This document shows, in pieces, positions 28,063 through 32,000 of a stretch of DNA of 32,000 nucleotides (within the stretch, counting starts at the first letter, position 1; each line of letters starts with the position of its first letter). The DNA comes from Candidatus Saccharimonadota bacterium (lineage in GTDB: Bacteria > Patescibacteriota > Gracilibacteria > BD1-5 > UBA6164), in the NCBI GenBank assembly GCA_963677765.1, contig OY782392.1:450001-482000 (forward strand). The letters run 5' to 3'. A model generated the notes under the pieces. The model was not told the DNA's origin and did not search any database. It saw nothing but the letters and a program-made list of their open reading frames with translations. A program made the translations under genes and the position numbers.

Positions 28063-31000
28063 TTAAATTTTTGCTTTTAATTTTATTTTTCTTTTTCAAG
28101 AACTTCAATTAAAAATCAACAGTAAGTATTCTACAAATTTTTCATCATGTGCAAAGTTTTTTATAGAACTTCTTAATCTAGTAGGACTTACAACTACAAA
28201 ATTTGTATCTCTATCCATATCTAAAAATTTCCTAAGATCTGCAACCTCAATATCTAAATCAAAATCTATTTGATAGTTTATACCTATTTTCTTTATAGAA
28301 CTAATTTTATATTGACTAGATAATATTTTAAGTCTTAATAAGTTAAATAAATTTAAAGTCTCTTTTGCTAGAGTATTATTTAATTCTTCAAAATCTGATA
28401 TAAGATTATTCAAATCTTCAAGAGTTCTAATACTTTCGATTTCTCTATAAAAGTTTATTTTATCTAATTCTCAAGAAAAGTATTCATCAGATATATAGGA
28501 TTCAATATTTAAATCAATAGTTGTATTTATTTTTTTTGTTTTTATTTCATCTTCTCAGATATAGATATTTTGTTCGTTTTTTAATTGCTCAATTTTGTCT
28601 TCTAGCATTTCCAAAAATAGACTAACTCAAACTTCAACAGAACTTCAAGACTGTCTTATTCATAAAATATCTCATCATCACCTTATTTCTAAATCTTTGA
28701 CAGCTAATTCAAATCAAGCTCAAAGATGACTATAATCAACTATTGTTTTTAGTCTTTTTGCAGCATCTTCCTTTATTTTGTCTTTTCTAAATAATAAATA
28801 ACAATATCAATTATTTGCTCATCTACCTACTCTTCATCTAAGCTGATGAATTTGGCTAATTCAAAAATTCATAGCATCATTTATAAAAATAGTATTTACA
28901 TCTCTAAAATCTATTCAGTTTTCAATAACTGTTGTAGCTAATAGTATGTCATATTTTTTTTGTTTGAAGTCAATTATTCTTCTTTCTAAAAGATCACCTC
29001 ATAATTGTCAATGAGCTATAACAACTTTTTTTCAAGGTAGTAGTTTTTCTAAATAAGAAGCAAATCAAGATATTGTTTCAACTCTATTGTGTATAAAAAA
29101 TACTTGTCATCATCTAGAGAACTCTCTTTTACATGCCTCTATTATTAACTTATCATCTAGAGAAGAAACTATTGTTTGAACTGGTTGTTTTCAAACTGGA
29201 GCAGTTGTCAACATAGACACTTGTTTTAATCAATTCAAAGCCATATTTAAACTTCTTGGTATAGGTGTAGCAGACATAGATAATATATCAATATTACCCT
29301 TAAATCATTTTATTTTTTCTTTATCTTTTACTCAAAACTTATGTTCTTCATCTATAACAAGTAATCATAAATCCTTGAATTCAACATCTTGACTAAGCAA
29401 CCTATGTGTACCAATTATCAAATCTATTTTTCACTCCGCTAATTTTTTTAGAGTTGATTTTATAACAGAAGGCTTTTCAAATCTAGTAACAACTTCTATA
29501 TTAAAAGGGAAATCATTAAACCTTTCACGAGCTTTTTCAAAATGCTCATAAGCCAATACAACCAATGGTGAAATTAAAGCAGCTTGTTTTCAGTTTATAA
29601 GTGACTTATATATGGCTGCAAAAGCTACTTCTGTTTTTCAAAATCATACATCTCAACTAAGAAGCCTATCCATAGGGTTTTCTGACTCCATATCTTTGTA
29701 TATTTCATTTATAACATTATACTGATCTGGTGTATAAGTGTACTCAAAACTATTAAAAAATTCAGCTTCAAGTTCTGGTTTTGATTTGAAGCTATGTCAT
29801 ATTTCAAGCTTTCTTTTTGCAAATATATCTAAAAGTTCTCATGCTATTTGTTCGACATCTTCTGACACTTTTTTCAATTTTTTAGCCCAATCTTTTGTAG
29901 ACAATCATGTCAATTTTGGATTTTCTACTCATACATATTTTGATAGCCTATATACCTCAGTTATAGGAACAAAGAGCTTGTCATCATTTTTATACTCTAT
30001 TGTCAAATATTCTTTTTTTATCAAAGCTCAATTTTTTCAAGAAGGAAATTCTTTTGTTATAATTTCCTTAAAAACTCATATTCAATGATCTATATGTACA
30101 ACATAATCTCATGATTTTATTTGCATTAACAAATCCATATTTTCACTAATACTTCTTTTTACTCTTTTTTTGATAAAGATTCTAGAAATATTGTCATCAC
30201 ATATAACAAATATACTTTTAGATTTAAAACTTTTTAAATTATTTAGATTAGACTCAAAAACAATTACATCATCTAAGTTATTTAAATCTAAAAAGTTATT
30301 AATAGTTTTTTTATTTTTTGTAAATATAAATTTTTTTATATTTTTGTCTTCTAATTTCAACTTTAAATCATCTAGATTTTGAATAAGCAAATCACTATAT
30401 CATAAATCTATTGAGTTTTCATGATTTCACAATGATGAAAAAACTATATAATTATCTAATCATGAATATATATCATCAAAAGAAGCATAAAAATCTATAT
30501 TGTCAATAAGAGTAAAAATATTATTTGAAGATTTATATTTATCCAGAAAATAATTATTAGAGTTTCTAGTAAATTCTAAATCGTGTAAAGATTTATTAAA
30601 TCAAAAAACAAAATAGTCAAGATTCTTATCTCAATATATTATTTGATCTATTTCATTATCCCAAAAACTTATTTTTAATAATTGTCAAGTTTTGTCTGTA
30701 TAAGTTAAAGTATCTCACATTATAAAAAATGTATATGGATTTTGACTGTCTGAAAATTTTATATTTAGTTCATTTAACTTTTTACTAAGTTCATTTATTT
30801 CTATTTGTTGTCACTTAGAAATCTTAAAAATATTATTATATTCAAAATTAGATATATTCTCTGTTTCTAGATTAAAAATTTCTTGAGTAGCTATATAATT
30901 AGATATATTGTTATAAAAAACATTAACAAAATCTATAAGATTATCTAGATCATAAAGCTTTAGTCATAAAAAAGATGATATCTTTATATAATTGTTAACT

Positions 31001-31137
31001 TGTTTAGAGTTTTCTACTACAACTAAAAAACTCTTATCAATAGACAAATAATCTTTTGATAAAAGTAACTTATTAAAGTTGTTTGAAAGTCATGTGTAAA
31101 TATTATTTTTTTCTAGATTTTTTAAAATATCAATCAC
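28063..31137 (-). CDS. mfd: Transcription-repair coupling factor (about 1024 aa; start codon uncertain, GTG at comp. 31135-31137 or TTG at comp. 31159-31161)
   Basis: Minus strand under code 25: GDYVVHIDHGIGVF, PMDRLLSGDVGFGKTEVA (29632-29655), LLVIDEEHKFGV, LSMSATPIPRSL, FFIHNRVETI, QLRGRVGRG, GGGDILGIRQSG. Track ORFs 28105..28413 and 30109..30390 are in-frame fragments. There is no in-frame ATG near the 5' end. Confidence 0.9.
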
Positions 31138-31224
31138 TATATTTCATCTTATATTATACAAATTGTTGATAAATTATATAAAAAAATTAAAATAAGAAAA
31201 ATTATTATTTTAGTTAATTTAAAA

Positions 31225-31785
31225 ATGAATTTATTTATAGATACTATATCAAAAAATTCAACAATGATATTATTTGATGATGCTAGAAATATAGTAAAAG
31301 AAAAACAATTTGAGATAAAATGAAATGAATCTAGTTTATTAATACCAAATATAGACAACTTTTTAAAAGAAAACAATATAGAGTATTTTGATTTGGAAAA
31401 TATAGTACTTGTAAATGGGCCTTGAAGCTTTACATGAGTTAGAACAAGTGTTTTAGCCGTTAATACTATAAACTATATAACTAAAAAAGATTTAACATGA
31501 ATGAGTTATTTTGATCTATATAGAAACTACCCTATAATAAAAACAAGCTCTAAAAGAGACTGCTTTATAAAGTTTTCTAAAGAAGATGAGATAAAAATAA
31601 TAAATAATGAAGAAATAATACAAACATTAAAGCAAAAAAATATTGATAAAATATATTGAGATGCTTTATTTGATTGAATACAAACTATTGAAAAAATAGA
31701 TTTTTCTGCTATAATAAAGGATATAAACTTGCAAAAAAATAAAAAACTAGAAGCAATGTATATAAAAAAACCTAATATTTGTTAA
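31225..31785 (+). CDS. tsaB: tRNA threonylcarbamoyladenosine (t6A) biosynthesis protein TsaB/YeaZ (186 aa)
   Basis: MNLFIDTISKNSTMILFDD...ESSLLIPNIDNFLKENNIEYFDLENIVLVNGPGSFTGVRTSVLAVNTINYI. This matches the TsaB pattern (IDTS..., HSexLlP, GPGSFTGlRig). It is divergent from mfd. Confidence 0.75.
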
Positions 31786-31794
31786 TAAAACAAA

Positions 31795-32000
31795 ATGCTA
31801 AAACTGGAAAATATGAAAGAATGAGAAAAAATTCTCATGGTTATTAGAAGACACTGGTTCATATATGTAATGTTATGACTATATTTTTTATGAGCATTAA
31901 TTTTTAGTATAATATTATACTTTTTATTATGAATTAATACATTAACAAATATAGCAAATATAATAATATGGATAATATTTTCACTATTTTTATATTTAGA
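31795..32000 (+). CDS. PH-domain (bPH_2/YdbT-like) membrane protein, 5' part; runs off the window end
   Basis: MLKLENMKEGEKILMVIRRHWFIYVMLGLYFLGALIFSIILYF... The GEKIL..RRHW motif followed by two TM helices is typical of the YdbS/YdbT family. Confidence 0.45.

Noticed and set aside
29738-30382. Track plus-strand ORFs 29738..30088 and 30170..30382
   Set aside because: They are antisense to mfd, whose helicase motifs lie on the minus strand.
31149-31376. Track ORF (75 aa, minus strand)
   Set aside because: It spans the mfd/tsaB divergent intergenic region and is antisense to the tsaB 5' end. It has no supporting signals.
1-32000. Interpreting TGA as Trp (code 4, Mycoplasma/Spiroplasma-like), which the AT-richness suggests
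   Set aside because: Every TGA I could align to a conserved position corresponds to Gly (GVEMF, GxxGxGKS, GGEEF, GDVGFGKT, GPGSFTG, QGGDP), never Trp. Conserved Trp positions use TGG.
1-32000. Interpreting the fragmented standard-code ORFs as a decayed, pseudogene-rich region
   Set aside because: All interruptions are TGA only. TAA and TAG never interrupt the reconstructed frames. The recoded products are full length with intact catalytic motifs.
1-32000. CRISPR arrays, rRNA genes, prophage or integrase, and toxin-antitoxin pairs
   Set aside because: I found no regularly spaced direct repeats and no rRNA-like GC-rich structured stretch. No recombinase, transposase or capsid-like translation appeared in any code-25 frame I read.

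Overview
This strongly AT-rich bacterial window does not use the standard genetic code. In-frame TGA falls again and again on universally conserved glycines: EF-Tu TVT-G-VEMF, QA-G-DN and TE-G-LRF; the Walker A G-KS-GG-G-KS; the GGEEF active site; and Mfd G-DV-G-F-G-KT. Trp is always TGG. This is translation table 25 (UGA=Gly), which is characteristic of the Candidate Phyla Radiation lineages Gracilibacteria (BD1-5) and Absconditabacteria (SR1). The supplied standard-code ORF track therefore splits almost every gene, and about half of its entries are antisense artefacts. I re-translated both strands by hand under code 25 and found the window densely coding, with about 30 CDS and 5 tRNAs.

In order, the window contains:
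- dnaE (5' part), an acidic hypothetical protein, and lysS.
- A type-IV-secretion-like module: a 939-aa VirD4/TraG-type ATPase followed by three VirB2/TrbC-like membrane proteins. Two of these carry three tandem pilin-like modules each.
- tRNA-fMet and tRNA-Glu.
- A FecR-domain protein and a CHASE2 class III nucleotidyl cyclase in one operon.
- A DivIC/FtsB-like protein and a fourth, unlinked pilin-like protein.
- An atypical translation-gene cluster: tRNA-Asp, tRNA-Ala, two tiny basic ORFs, tuf, rpsJ, rpmB, tRNA-Leu, rpsP and a KH protein.
- An ftsX with no adjacent ftsE.
- A self-contained 190-aa gene with no TGA codon. It has a canonical promoter, the only clear Shine-Dalgarno sequence I saw in the window, and its own terminator.
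- Two adjacent orphan proteins of 910 and 909 aa with glycine-rich membrane regions.
- queA, a GGDEF diguanylate cyclase, a cyclophilin-FKBP fusion, a lipoprotein FKBP, mfd, tsaB, and the start of a PH-domain membrane protein.

I saw no CRISPR array, rRNA, transposase or integrase. All functional calls rest on motif recognition by eye, and no database search was possible.
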